A stretch of 60,929 nt of DNA, the filler included. It is 8 parts of 8 records of this genome, joined end to end, with 100 filler letters (N's around TTAATTAATTAA, not from the genome) between each part and the next. Parts side by side here need not be neighbours in the genome. Positions count along the whole stretch, not along the records: positions 31,443 to 37,120 come from SRR31156797_34894; positions 37,221 to 45,052 come from SRR31156797_34949; positions 45,153 to 55,193 come from SRR31156797_34970; 5 more parts are not named here. The stretch is one strand, 5' to 3'. Both the position numbers and the translations under genes were made by a program. This document shows positions 35,876 to 47,451 of this stretch, in pieces (position 1 is the stretch's first letter; every line of letters starts with the position of its first letter). The notes under the pieces were generated by a model. That model searched no databases. It was not told the origin of the DNA and saw only the letters and a program-made list of their open reading frames with translations.

Positions 35876-36388
35876 ATGAAAAAGTTATTGTTATTTCTCG
35901 CAGTTATATTGCCGATGGCAGTATTTGCACAAAAAACACCGGTTGACAAATTATTTGAAAAATACGCCAACCAAAAAGGATTTACTACTGTAAACATCTC
36001 GGGAAAACTGTTGGGTTTTGCCAGTCAGCTTGAAACCGGAGATGCTGCCACTTCCGATTTATTATCGGGTTTAAGCGGTATTCGAATTCTATCGGTTGAA
36101 GATGATAAATTAAATGCTGAGATTGACTTTTATGCGGAACTTGAAAGTGACGGTTTTTTCAAAAACAACGAATATGAGGTATTAATGGAGGTAACCGAAG
36201 ATGATGAAGTTGTACGGTTTTTAGCCAAAGATGCCGGGAACGGAATGATTGCCGACTTGCTTCTGGTTGTTGGTGGAGACGACAATGCACTTATTAGTAT
36301 TGGAGGACTAATTAATCCGCAAGACATAAACAAAATTACCAATTCGCTCGATATCGATCTTGATGATATGGATATAGATATTGACTAA
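35876..36388 (+). CDS. DUF4252 family secreted protein
   Basis: Signal peptide; LFEKY...GFTTVNIS and YEVLMEV; typical position after ECF/anti-sigma genes. Confidence 0.75.
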   Translation: MKKLLLFLAVILPMAVFAQKTPVDKLFEKYANQKGFTTVNISGKLLGFASQLETGDAATSDLLSGLSGIRILSVEDDKLNAEIDFYAELESDGFFKNNEYEVLMEVTEDDEVVRFLAKDAGNGMIADLLLVVGGDDNALISIGGLINPQDINKITNSLDIDLDDMDIDID

Positions 36389-36414
36389 TTTGTAATTCAA
36401 ACATATCAAAATAT

Positions 36415-36442
36415 AAATCCGGGTTATTCCCGGATTTTTTTT
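36415..36442 (+). terminator. Intrinsic terminator
   Basis: AAATCCGGG-TTATT-CCCGGATTT followed by a T-tract. Confidence 0.8.
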
Positions 36443-36502
36443 GCAATGAAGTTAACATGTCAAACTATTTCGTAATTTTGGTTCTCATCTAATAAAGAAA
36501 AA

Positions 36503-37120
36503 ATGGAAGTAAAATCTGTTTTTGGAAAACATCAGCTCTCACCTGGGAACAAGCATATTATTCATTTCAACAAAATGAAAATGGAGATTACCAGGAAAAA
36601 AGAGGGATGGAATATTCATTCAACAAATTTCACTCAAAAAGACTTAAAAGAAGGAGATATTTCAGAATTAAAAAGTGAATATTTTCAGACAGGAAAATCG
36701 AATTCATTATTAATCCAATCTGCATTGCCTGAGAAACCACTTGTTTTCAAGGGAAACTCAATGCATATTGCTCCCAATCAGAAACTTACTTTTTTTATAA
36801 AAATACCGTTAAACATTCAAATTTATTTCTCTCGCATGCAACCTGAAAACTTAATTAAAGAGTTTTCATGGCAACGGTTATCCGACACATGGTTTGGTGA
36901 ACCCGACAATGGAGAATCTGCTTTTTCTGCCGGAAATGAATACGTTTTAAACATAGAAAATTTTGAACCACAACCATTTGAAGCCATTTGCCCGGTAATA
37001 GTACATAACAACTCAGCTATTGCTTTAGAAGTAGAACGATTAATAATAAGAGTTGATAATCTGGCACTTTTTTTAAACGAGAGCAAAATAGTTACCAGTG
37101 TGGTACAAATAGAATACAAA
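36503..37120 (+). CDS. DUF432-like protein, 3'-truncated
   Basis: PEKPLVF, FFIKIPL and LSDTWFG motifs; TAATTTTG (-7 element) upstream. Confidence 0.55.
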
Positions 37121-37220
37121 NNNNNNNNNNNNNNNNNNNNNNNNNNNNNNNNNNNNNNNNNNNNTTAATTAATTAANNNNNNNNNNNNNNNNNNNNNNNN
37201 NNNNNNNNNNNNNNNNNNNN
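37121..37220. other. Artificial contig linker
   Basis: N-run with TTAATTAATTAA. Confidence 0.98.
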
Positions 37221-39562
37221 ATCCCTACGACAAATGTTGCGAACCTGGCTAGTTTTAACTGATCGGTATTTCCTCCCCAACCAAACCTGAAATGAACATC
37301 AGTAGCATAAGCAGTAGCTGCCGAATTCATACTACTGCTCAAACTGCTCATTGCTGCTGCAAAAATTCCAGCAATCAGCAATCCGGAAATCCCTGCTGGA
37401 AGCTGAGATGCAATATACCAGGGAAAAATGGCATCGTTATTTTGAAAGGCAGGATTCAATTCAGTAGGAAAAGATTTATAAAAAACCCAAAGAGCCGTAC
37501 CAACAAAAAAGAAGATAATGGTAGCAGGAATAGTTAAAATAGCATTTGTCCATACACTTTGGTTGGCTTCTTTTTGTGTTTTTGTGGTCAAATAACGCTG
37601 TACCATGGTTTGGTCAGTTCCATAAGTCGTTATATTCGCAAAAATCCCCCCTAACAACATTACCCACACCGTTGGTTGCTTCAGCGAAAGGGTTAAATCG
37701 AGCACATTAAATTTGTGATTGTGTGCAGCAATATCAACAATAGATACAAAACCGCCATCTATTTTAAGAATGATTATACCAAGAGACAAAATTGCACCTC
37801 CAAGCAGAACCACTACTTGAATAACATCAGTCCAGATTACGGCTTCTATGCCTCCAAGCATCGTATAAATAAGAGCAACAACTCCCATTAGTGCAATGCA
37901 TAAAAAGATATCGATTCCTGTAACAACATTCAATGCAATTGAAGGAAGAAAAAGAACGACACCCATTCGTCCTATTTGATAAACAATAAACGACAGGCTA
38001 CCAATAAGCCGTATGGTAAGATCAAATCGGTTTTCAAGATATTCATAGGCAGTAGTTACATTCTGTTTCCTGTAAAAAGGAATAAATAGCAAAACGATGA
38101 CTGGAGCCACAAAAAAAATGGTCATGTTTAGCATAAAATACGACCAGTCAGCTGCAAATGTTTTGGCAGGAATAGCCATAAAAGTAATCGCACTTAAAGC
38201 TGTTCCAAAAATACTCAACCCGGCTGCCCACCAAGGGATACGGCCTCCACCTTTAAAATAATCGTTAGTATCCTTTTGTCGTCTTGAAAAGAAATACCCC
38301 ATCCACGCCAGCACCAGGAAATAAAGAGCAATTACTATAGAATCTAAGAGTCCTAAATGAGTCGTATCTTTTTGAACTTCAATTTTCAATACTTCCGACG
38401 TTCTTATACCCGGACTAATTTCACCTGAAGGGATGATAAAATCATCTCCCCATTTAACAACAGTTGTTGTTACCTGTCCAGTTGCCGGCAAATTACCCAG
38501 TTCATATATTTCATCAGATAAAGTATTAAATCCCATTATCCTGTTTCCAAATCCTGGATGCATATCTAGGTGTTTTATTAACTCTCTTTGAGCTTCTTCC
38601 AGTTCTTGCTTTATCGTTTCATCTTTATCTGAAATTAACTGAAGTGCGTCAATACGTTTTTCAATTCGCATCTGCTTTTTCATCATTTCTCCGTTTGCTC
38701 CGGATGAAAAGGCAATTGTGCTTGCTCCCATAGGAAAAGCAGTTCCGGCCATAAAAGGGAATTCCTTATCTGCCCCATCAGAAATTACTGACCACTGCTT
38801 TAGCGAAGGATTGTAGACATGTGCGTCGTACAGGATTTCATATTCCCCGTTACTTTTTATGTTTCTTCCTGAAAAGAGATAAAAGCAATTATCTATCCCA
38901 TTGCTTTGTGCTACTCCAATGGCAAAAGCACGAGGTTGCCCGTTCCATTCCGCGAGTTTTTCCCATTTCCAGGTTCCGGGAATATTTCCTGACAAATCAA
39001 GCGAAAAAAATACTTTCTGAGAAGCACCTCCTGTTTCTGAAATTCCGCCGGCTATAAAAATTGTATTATCCACCCTGGTAAAAGCAAAATTTGTTAACGG
39101 TTTCGGGAGTTGTGGTCCTGGTGTAATCTCCACATTATCATTTTCAGGGAAATAATTTATGAACCAACTTTCAGAAATACACTTTTTGCTGGTATTCCCC
39201 CCAAAACACAGTAGCCCGAATGGCGTGGAGACAGCTCCTCCATAAGCCGCTGCAAATGGTATCTTTTTTTCTGTCTTTTTCCAGAAGAAGTTGTCTTCCC
39301 CTACTTTTTGTAAAATGAAGATTTCATCATAGTACACCTTTGAGCCCCCTTTCCACGGGACTTTGTCAGGGAAGTTTGCACCGCCAGTCACGATCAATAC
39401 ATCGTCATCTACTCCGGAATAGAGCCCTGCAAGTCCAGGCTGAGTATTATAACCGGTATTCGGAAGAAGTTTGGGCAAGGATGAAATTTCCAAATAATTG
39501 TTTTTTGCCTGAAGGTTATTAATGGAAAAGATAATAGAGAAAATAAAAACCAGATGCTTCAT
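37221..39562 (-). CDS. Kelch (NanM-like mutarotase) fused to SSS sodium:solute symporter (SiaT-like), 3'-truncated
   Basis: Signal peptide; GGANFP..W.GG.K.YYD and GEISPGIRT Kelch motifs; then DYFKGGGRIPWW, LSAITFM, GGIEAVIWTD and DQTMVQRY. Confidence 0.88.
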
Positions 39563-39580
39563 TTTAGAAATTGTTTTTAA

Positions 39581-40519
39581 TTATTGCTCGAAAAATTCCG
39601 GAATTATTTGCATTGCCTTCTTTCTTACCGGTTCTATAAATTCTTCAGGAATAGATTTATAAGGCCAACGAAGTTTCAATCCTACATCAGCCCAATTGCC
39701 AATTGCAGCCATAAACCTATCGCAAGCATGATTCGGGTAGAATTGTTTTGTGATAAAAGGTTCAATCAATTCTCTCATAAATTTTTGAATTCTTTTCTCC
39801 AATTCCAGTGCAGAGTCAATATCGGTTTGCATTTGGTTAAACCATTTTTGAGCCGCAAATGGATTTAAACAAGCCACATTTGAATAGGCGCCATGGGCTC
39901 CAAGCGTAATTCCAGTAGCAAGATTATGACCGGGAACAAAAACAGAAAGGCCTTCCCTATTTTGTCGGACCGACTCATACCATTTTTTGTCGGAATTATA
40001 ATCAAATACTTTTACCCCCATAAAAGAAGGTATTAGCTTTTTTATTACGCCCCAGTCTTCTGGTTGCAGTTTTTTCTTTGCATGTGGCGGATTGTATAAA
40101 ATCAGGCTAATATCACCCGCCTCTTTTGCCATTTCTTCCAAAAAGAGAATGCACTCGTCCAGTGTTGATGGAAACCAATCAGGTAAAATAACCTGCACTG
40201 CTCCCGGACGCAGATATTTGATTTCTTTTAATCTTTTTAGCGATATTTGCGGACTCATGTGGCTTACTCCCAATTGAAATGGGATACCGGCATTTTCACA
40301 TTTCGATGCAAGCAACTCACTTACTTTTAAAAATTCATCTTCGCTTTGTGAATAAAACTCACCTGCCGTCCCGTTTGAATAAATACCATTGGGGTTAGAT
40401 GAAACCAAGACATCAATTTCATCATTTAATCTTGAATAATCAACATTTCCGGTTTTATCGGTCGCTAAAAGCAAAGTTGCCCAATTTCCGTATATTTCAT
40501 CAGACATTAAAGGTTTCAT
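39581..40519 (-). CDS. DHDPS/NAL family class I aldolase (divergent)
   Basis: NGTAGEF, ILYNPP and Schiff-base lysine in MGVK. Confidence 0.8.
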   Translation of the reverse strand: MKPLMSDEIYGNWATLLLATDKTGNVDYSRLNDEIDVLVSSNPNGIYSNGTAGEFYSQSEDEFLKVSELLASKCENAGIPFQLGVSHMSPQISLKRLKEIKYLRPGAVQVILPDWFPSTLDECILFLEEMAKEAGDISLILYNPPHAKKKLQPEDWGVIKKLIPSFMGVKVFDYNSDKKWYESVRQNREGLSVFVPGHNLATGITLGAHGAYSNVACLNPFAAQKWFNQMQTDIDSALELEKRIQKFMRELIEPFITKQFYPNHACDRFMAAIGNWADVGLKLRWPYKSIPEEFIEPVRKKAMQIIPEFFEQ

Positions 40520-40520
40520 T

Positions 40521-41693
40521 CTATAAGCTATCGATATTTAATAATGAACCGGTCGTAAATAATTCTTCGGGCTCAAAAGCAATAAAAACCATTTCTTCAT
40601 AGGCTCTTTTCTTTCCTGTTTCGAAAAACATACCGATTTTTCCATCGGGCAATTTTGTCAGGCATGAATAAGCAGCATGCCCCGGATATATCAGTTTTGC
40701 ATTGCCCCAGCTTTTGCAGTCATCGAAACTTGCTTTTAGCGTAAGGTTAGTTCTTCCAACAGGTACTGCGGGATTCAAAAACAAGTGCATTTGTTTCCCC
40801 TTATATTTTCCGTAATTCAGGATACTGGCCTGGCATTGCGATTCTGCCAACTGGTAATCGTGCGCTACTTCCGACCAGGTCTCCCCCCCATCTTTACTAT
40901 AGCTTATTGCCCTGCAATATTTTTCATTGTACGACCGCATATTCATTACCAGGGTTCCGTCGGATAGTTCAACAACCTGACTTTCGTTACAACCGGGTTT
41001 GATTGGTTCGCTCATTTTCCAGCTTTTCCCATGGTCATCAGAGATCAAAACATGTGCACCATAACTATAAGGACCATTGCGGATTATTCCCTGAGGGTCG
41101 TCGTAACTGTGATTGGCAGGAACAACCAGTCTTCCGGCATATTTCCCATTATTTAGTTGAATGCCAAAACCAGGCCCGGTTGCATACCATCCCCAAGTAG
41201 TATCCCTACATGTTTTTGCCATATTTACAGGAGTAGACCAGGTCTTTCCATCATCGTCGGAATAACACAAATAGGGCAACCTCGGAAAAGTTGAAGTTTT
41301 ATGAATAATAGCAGTTTCAATATCATCTCCTTTGTTCCAGCACATGAACAACCATATTCGTCCTGTTTCCTGATCTACCACAGGACATGGATTTCCACAA
41401 CTATTGTTTCCATCACTCCACACAACTTGTTCTTTGTCCCAGGTAATACCGTTATCCTCCGAACGCCTTAGCAACAAGTTTATATCGCCGGCATCACCAT
41501 CTTCCCGCCCTTCACAAAAAGCCAAAAGTGTACCCTTGGTTGTAACCACCAGCGAAGGAATACGATAATTGTTATGTTTTCCATTTCCCTGTTGCCACAA
41601 AACAGACTTTTGAATCTTTGTTGTTTGCTTTTTACAGGAATACCCACAAAGAACTATAACAACCAAAAAAAATATAACCAGTTTGTTATTCAT
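40521..41693 (-). CDS. GH33 exo-alpha-sialidase (lipoprotein)
   Basis: Lipobox GYSC; YRIP motif; Asp-boxes SEDNGITW, SDDDGKTW, SDDHGKSW, SKDGGETW, SFDDCKSW; C-terminal AYS. Confidence 0.9.
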   Translation of the reverse strand: MNNKLVIFFLVVIVLCGYSCKKQTTKIQKSVLWQQGNGKHNNYRIPSLVVTTKGTLLAFCEGREDGDAGDINLLLRRSEDNGITWDKEQVVWSDGNNSCGNPCPVVDQETGRIWLFMCWNKGDDIETAIIHKTSTFPRLPYLCYSDDDGKTWSTPVNMAKTCRDTTWGWYATGPGFGIQLNNGKYAGRLVVPANHSYDDPQGIIRNGPYSYGAHVLISDDHGKSWKMSEPIKPGCNESQVVELSDGTLVMNMRSYNEKYCRAISYSKDGGETWSEVAHDYQLAESQCQASILNYGKYKGKQMHLFLNPAVPVGRTNLTLKASFDDCKSWGNAKLIYPGHAAYSCLTKLPDGKIGMFFETGKKRAYEEMVFIAFEPEELFTTGSLLNIDSL

Positions 41694-41723
41694 CTTATTT
41701 AATTTTATCATTCAAAGAAATAT

Positions 41724-44700
41724 TTATTGATTAAGTTTATTATAAAACCACAAAGAAACCGGGCCTATTAAACCCGATTTTAAATCGCCGCGATACCTTG
41801 TTGGAATGGTTGTATAATTATTGGACAAAGTATTATATACAAGAACTTCTACTGTATTCTCACCAGCTTGTACCAAATCTGTAATGTCAAAGCAGAATGG
41901 CGGTGCCAGCTTAATTCCAGCACTTTTCCCGTTCACCAACAACTCTGCCGATGCCACAACTTCTCCTAAATCTATTTCCAGTTTATGTTTTAGGTCTTTA
42001 GCATTAATGCGAATAGTTTTACGATACCATGCCCCTCCTGAGTAAGCTTTCAATCCATCAATCTTTGACCAATCGCCAAGGGTTATGCGTCCTTTTCTGC
42101 AGGATTGTGCAATATATTGAGGCAGAGCCGCACCATCGGAGTAACCCGGCTGATAGTCGATTTTCAAAATCACCTGATCTCCCTTTTCCTTTACATTCTT
42201 GATGTTTACTGAATAAAATTTCAAACCATCCTTATTTCTACTGACAACATCAGGGATATATTTTTCTCCATCAACCCAAAGGGCAACTCTACCGTACGCA
42301 GCAAAAGATAAGTTTTTTAATCCCGGTGCTGAGTTAAAAGCATAAAGTCCAGATTTTTTCTGAGAAACGGTTGTACAATCGAAGGGCAAAACTCCCTCAT
42401 CCTTATACCAGCACATGGCAACAGGTTCTTTTTCAGGACGTGGCTGGTTTATTTCCCGAAAAACAAGATATGAAGCACAAGCCTTGTCGTATGCCAGAAG
42501 TAAAGAATTTGCCCCCTTTTTTAATTGCACAGTTTTTCTTTTCACATTGATATTTGTGCCGTTAAGAAATAAATAATGAGGCTTTACATTTCCTGTCAAC
42601 AGCTCGAAATCACCATCACAAGGAGCAATTACATGAGAATAAAGCAAATAATTTGCACCTGCTTCTTCGGGAACAATTCTCAGCGAATGTTTATATTCTT
42701 CCGTTTTCCCCAAACGGATAAAATTGTCGTACATTTTTCCTTTTAGCCCGTGGTATCCCTGATGTCCCGGATCTCCTTCCAAACCATATTGCCAAGAAAA
42801 CTTATAATCTTGCCAGGTGTGCCGTTTATTGTTAATCGTTATTGTTTCTGAAATATTTCCGGACAATAGTTTCATCAAATCTTCTTCTACAGGCATGGTT
42901 TTAAGCGGTCCTATTTTCAGGAAATGTGTACCATAACTACAGGTAACTGAATCCCAGTTGGAATCAACCGTAATACCTCCGCCATTGTATTCCTGATTTT
43001 CTTTAAAATGCAATTGGCGCACCTGTGCCTCAAGCATTCGCGGTGAAGCAGGAAGCTGAAAATCACCCCACTGGTTATCTAAACAAGGTTCTAGTTCAAA
43101 ATCCCAGCTATTATCAAGGGTGTCTATCCTTATAAGACCGTCAAAACTGGATCCCCTGGTTTGGGGCTTATCTTCCGGACTAAAAACAATAAGTTGAATC
43201 TCTGCTTTAGACAAAGGCAAACTTACTTCCGTTCCTTCATATGTTTCTTTTGCCAGGTGAGCAATTGAGCTTACCTTTCCGTTCCAGGGATTCCAAAGTT
43301 CAACAGCTCCCTTAGCATGGAAAAAACATTTCGTGTTTTTAGGCAAGTTATATAAGGCATACACATCGCGTTTTCCAATTCTACGATGCATAACATACGG
43401 GCGTTCTTTAATACGACCAAGTATCTTAAAATTCTGAGGGTATTTTTCAGACAAAGCAGCTAAAACCTCCTGTTCGTATTGGCATTGGATAGTATTCTCA
43501 CTTTCAGAAAAAACAGAAGCGACTAACTTCTTTACTTCGGGGTCGTTCAAACCGCTTTTTTCAGAAGCCATTGGGATTTCCCCAATATTGATGATAACTC
43601 CTGCTGCCCCTTTAAATTCATCAAGCTTTTGAAGTGTTGAATGCCGGATAGCTTTCATTGATGGGACAATAATCACTTTATACTTTTCGCCGGACACACA
43701 CAACTCCCCATTTTTTGCATCTGCCCGTGCAATCGATTCGTAATCGATAAAATCGAAATCAATACCTTTATCGTAAATATTATTTCCGGTATTAAACGCA
43801 ATATCCACCGAGCTTTTGCCATCCATCCCAGCCACAACAGGTTCGGTCGGATAAACTATTGCTACATCGCAAACATGTTTCCCCTGTGATAGAATATAAG
43901 ACAACCTTTGCGTGCACTCCATCAATGGCTCAATATGATTCCAGTATGGCATACGGAAATGGTTGCACGGCGGAGCCCATTCCCACCATCCCCCAATAGT
44001 GGAGTAATACAGTCCGTGAAGTGATAAAAGGTTATATCCTGCCACATAATTTGCAAAAATAGCATCGGTAAGTGCAGCAGATGTAGTTCCCCAGCCACTA
44101 CCGTAAAAACCTTCGAGCCACACCCTGGGACGATTGTACAAATGAGAAATAGATGCAGCTACTTTCGCCTTTATAATGTCTTTTGATAACCTTGGCTGGT
44201 CGGAGCCCGGTCCCTGATTCCACCGCTGGGTACGAAAATAATCACCAAATTCACCTACCTTCTTCCCCCGTCCGCCATGGTCGCAGCCATAAATCAGTTC
44301 CCGGCTTTCGTGCCATTCATATACAGGTATAAAAAAATTCTCTTCACTCAAACTAACCATCACATCATTATAATCCATCCTGATTTTGGGTGTAATATCT
44401 CCGATGTCGGTAAACAAAGCATCTAAATATGGAACTAAATCATAACCTTTGCGTTTTTTGAATTCATCTGCAAAATATTTATTCCAGATATTCCCGTTTA
44501 CATGAAAATCGAGTTCATCAGAAAAAAAGAAGTTAAGAGCCTCTGTATTGCCAGGAAGGGCTTTTTCAAATTTATCAAAGAAATAACGGATATATGACTT
44601 CCCGCTTTCAGGGTGCATAGGATCATAGGAAGGAATCTTACTTTTATAATAAACACAACGTAGCAACCACCTGCCTTTTCCGAAATTATATGTAATGGTT

Positions 44701-45052
44701 CCGTTCTTAACAAACGGAAGAAGATTCTTTCGGGTATTAGAAATTGTATTTCCTCCAGCATCAACTTTATAAGCAGTTACACTCAAGGCACCGTCGGGCA
44801 ATTTCCATCTAATCCTTTCCTTTGTCACCCATGTTGAGTCCAAAAGGATTTTCCCGTTCATGTCCGGAAATTCACTCAACGCTTCATCCATAGCAAACCC
44901 CTGCCCTACACCAAGTGTATAATCGCTTAGACTTACTGTCATCCCGCGTTTTTGACATTCATTAGCAAACCATTTAAAGAGTTTCCACCATTCTGGTGTA
45001 AAAAGAGCCGGTTTGCTGGGATTTGACAAGCCCCACGAAATGCCACCGCTAT
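41724..45052 (-). CDS. Large glycoside hydrolase (GH106-like with C-terminal beta-sandwich), 5'-truncated
   Basis: WWKLFKW..ECQKRGM, FFSDE, MPYW, ILSQG and C-terminal IDLGEV..AE..VNG..SGLIGPV motifs. Confidence 0.65.
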
Positions 45053-45152
45053 NNNNNNNNNNNNNNNNNNNNNNNNNNNNNNNNNNNNNNNNNNNNTTAA
45101 TTAATTAANNNNNNNNNNNNNNNNNNNNNNNNNNNNNNNNNNNNNNNNNNNN
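45053..45152. other. Artificial contig linker
   Basis: N-run with TTAATTAATTAA. Confidence 0.98.
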
Positions 45153-45525
45153 CATGCTGATCGGTCGTGACCACGCTGGTGTTGGTGACTTCTATGGTCT
45201 GTTTGAAGCACAGGAAATTTTTGACCGTGTTCCTGAGACAGGTGATGCAGGTAAAGATCTCCAGTGCAAGCCAATGAAGATTGACTGGACTTTCTATTGT
45301 CATAAGTGTGATGGTATGGCTTCTCTGCGCACATGTCCTCATACCAAAGATGACCGTGTTATTCTTTCTGGTACCAAGCTGCGTAAAGCACTTTCTGATG
45401 GTGCTGAGATTGTTGATCACTTTGGTCGTGATGAAGTTCTTGATCATCTCAAAGCTTACTACGCAGGACTTACAGAAAAAGTTGAAGTTAAGATGCAGGG
45501 TGCCGCTTCTGGTGACTCCATGTAA
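45153..45525 (+). CDS. sat: Sulfate adenylyltransferase, 5'-truncated
   Basis: [11 protein letters not shown], CxxC..TCPH zinc site and LSGTKLRK. Confidence 0.92.
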
Positions 45526-45552
45526 TTAACGCTTCTTTTTAGCGTTTGCTTT

Positions 45553-45591
45553 AAGAGGAGGTACCTGTTTATGGTATCTCCTCTTTTTTTT
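45553..45591 (+). terminator. Intrinsic terminator after sat
   Basis: AAGAGGAGGTACC...GGTATCTCCTCTT followed by a T-tract. Confidence 0.8.
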
Positions 45592-45667
45592 GCTTTTTTC
45601 TTTTCATTGTTCCAAGGAAGGAGTAAACGATTCCTATCAGAAAAGATTACCAAAGGTTAAGCCAACC

Positions 45668-46753
45668 ATGAAGGAACAAACCCTGCAAGTAGGTCTCGAT
45701 GAGAGAAGTTATCCCATTGTCATTGGGAACAATGTATTCAATCAAATTGGTCCAGATCTAGCCGCTAATCCGGTTGGGAAACGATACGGGATAATCAGCG
45801 ATGATAATGTTGCGGCACTCTATGGCCAACAAATAATCACCTCGTTAACTGAATCCGGTCTTGCCTGCGAGTTGATAGTATTTCCCGCAGGTGAAGAACA
45901 GAAAAATACACTTACCCTGTCAAACCTTGCCAGTGAACTTGCCAAGCGCGGATTTGACCGAGGAGATGCCCTTATAGCCCTTGGTGGTGGTGTCGTCGGT
46001 GATATCACTGGGTTTCTTGCCTCTATTTATATGCGTGGTATACCGTTTGTACAGGTACCGACCTCTTTGCTTGCTCAAGTGGACAGCTCTGTAGGGGGAA
46101 AGACAGGAGTTGATATCCCTGAGGGGAAAAATCTCATTGGTACCTTTTATCAGCCCAAGGCTGTCTACATTGATATAGACGTGCTTAAGACTTTACCGCC
46201 AGAAGAGTTTCGTGGAGGCTTAGCCGAAGTTATTAAATATGGTGTGATTGTCGATCAGGATTTTTTTGCTTTTTTAGAGCAGAACCGGCGTGCAATTGTG
46301 AGTTTGGATCCAGGCATGCTCATTACCATGATTTATAAATGTTGTGAGATAAAAGCAAATGTTGTTGCGCAGGATGAGCGTGAAGGTGGCTTAAGGAGAA
46401 TTTTAAATTTCGGGCATACTATCGGTCACGCAGTTGAAGCGGCCTCCGGATTTCAAATTATCCATGGCCTTGCTGTATCCATAGGTATGTATACGGTAAC
46501 GCAACTTGCTATTAAGGGTGGATATGCAACAGATCCGGTGTTAGAGACTCTTAAGAAACTCCTACTTGCATACAACCTTCCTTTGGAAATCCCCGCTGAA
46601 CTTGACCGGAAACAGATAAGGGCTTACTTGCAGACAGATAAGAAAACTGTCGGTGGTAGAATCTTTTTCGTACTCCCCCAAAAGATAGGTAAGGTGACGG
46701 TAACTGATCACGTCAGGCCTGAGGATATTGATTTTGTGTTAGCTAACGGTTAA
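45668..46753 (+). CDS. aroB: 3-dehydroquinate synthase
   Basis: ALGGGVVGD, VPTSLLAQVDSSVGGKTG, LNFGHT.GHA and HG.AV motifs; ATG at 45668. Confidence 0.95.
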   Translation: MKEQTLQVGLDERSYPIVIGNNVFNQIGPDLAANPVGKRYGIISDDNVAALYGQQIITSLTESGLACELIVFPAGEEQKNTLTLSNLASELAKRGFDRGDALIALGGGVVGDITGFLASIYMRGIPFVQVPTSLLAQVDSSVGGKTGVDIPEGKNLIGTFYQPKAVYIDIDVLKTLPPEEFRGGLAEVIKYGVIVDQDFFAFLEQNRRAIVSLDPGMLITMIYKCCEIKANVVAQDEREGGLRRILNFGHTIGHAVEAASGFQIIHGLAVSIGMYTVTQLAIKGGYATDPVLETLKKLLLAYNLPLEIPAELDRKQIRAYLQTDKKTVGGRIFFVLPQKIGKVTVTDHVRPEDIDFVLANG

Positions 46754-46759
46754 AAATAC

Positions 46760-46879
46760 CTGCTCAGCTGCACTCCTCGGAGTCTGTGCTTACCTCTGCG
46801 TACAAACGCCTGTGAAAACATAGCATTACTGCAATAGTTATCCTTGGCGATTGTACAAATCTGGAACACTGCTGAACAG
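46760..46879. repeat. Nested imperfect inverted repeats (possible decayed MITE/REP-like element)
   Basis: CTGCTCAGC(46760)/GCTGAACAG(46871) enclosing GTACAAACGCC(46800)/GGCGATTGTAC(46846). Confidence 0.45.
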
Positions 46880-46956
46880 CTGCAGATCGAGGCTAAGACG
46901 AGGTTGTTTTTTATTAGCTTCCCCTTTTGTTAATTTCATAATTATATTCAGTTACT

Positions 46957-47451
46957 ATGCCCATTTACGAATTTTACTGCGATCAGTGCAATACAGTCTT
47001 CAACTTTTTTTCACAAAGGGTAAATACTGAGAAACAACCGGATTGTCCCAAGTGCGGCAAAGTAAAATTAGAGAAAAAAATCTCTACCTTTGCCACAATC
47101 GGTAAAGCAAAAGAGGATGATGGTAACGATCCTTTAGCCGGCATGGATGAATCAAAAATGGAACAGGCCTTTGATGGTCTTATGCGTGATGCCGAAGGGA
47201 TGAATGAAGACGACCCTCGCCAGATGGCAAATTTGATGCGGCGGTTTTCAGAGAAAACCGGTCTTTCTCTTGGGGAACAGATGGAAGAGGCCATTGCTCG
47301 CCTGGAAGCAGGCGACGATCCCGAACAAATTGAGCAGGAGATGGGTGACTTGATGGATTCTGATGATGCATTTGGCTTGGAGGCAATGAAAAAGAGTGCC
47401 AAAACAGGACCGAAGCCTCCTGTATATGATGATAAATTGTATGAACTGTAG
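46957..47451 (+). CDS. FmdB family zinc-ribbon protein
   Basis: MPIYEFYCDQC...CPKCG. Confidence 0.85.
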   Translation: MPIYEFYCDQCNTVFNFFSQRVNTEKQPDCPKCGKVKLEKKISTFATIGKAKEDDGNDPLAGMDESKMEQAFDGLMRDAEGMNEDDPRQMANLMRRFSEKTGLSLGEQMEEAIARLEAGDDPEQIEQEMGDLMDSDDAFGLEAMKKSAKTGPKPPVYDDKLYEL

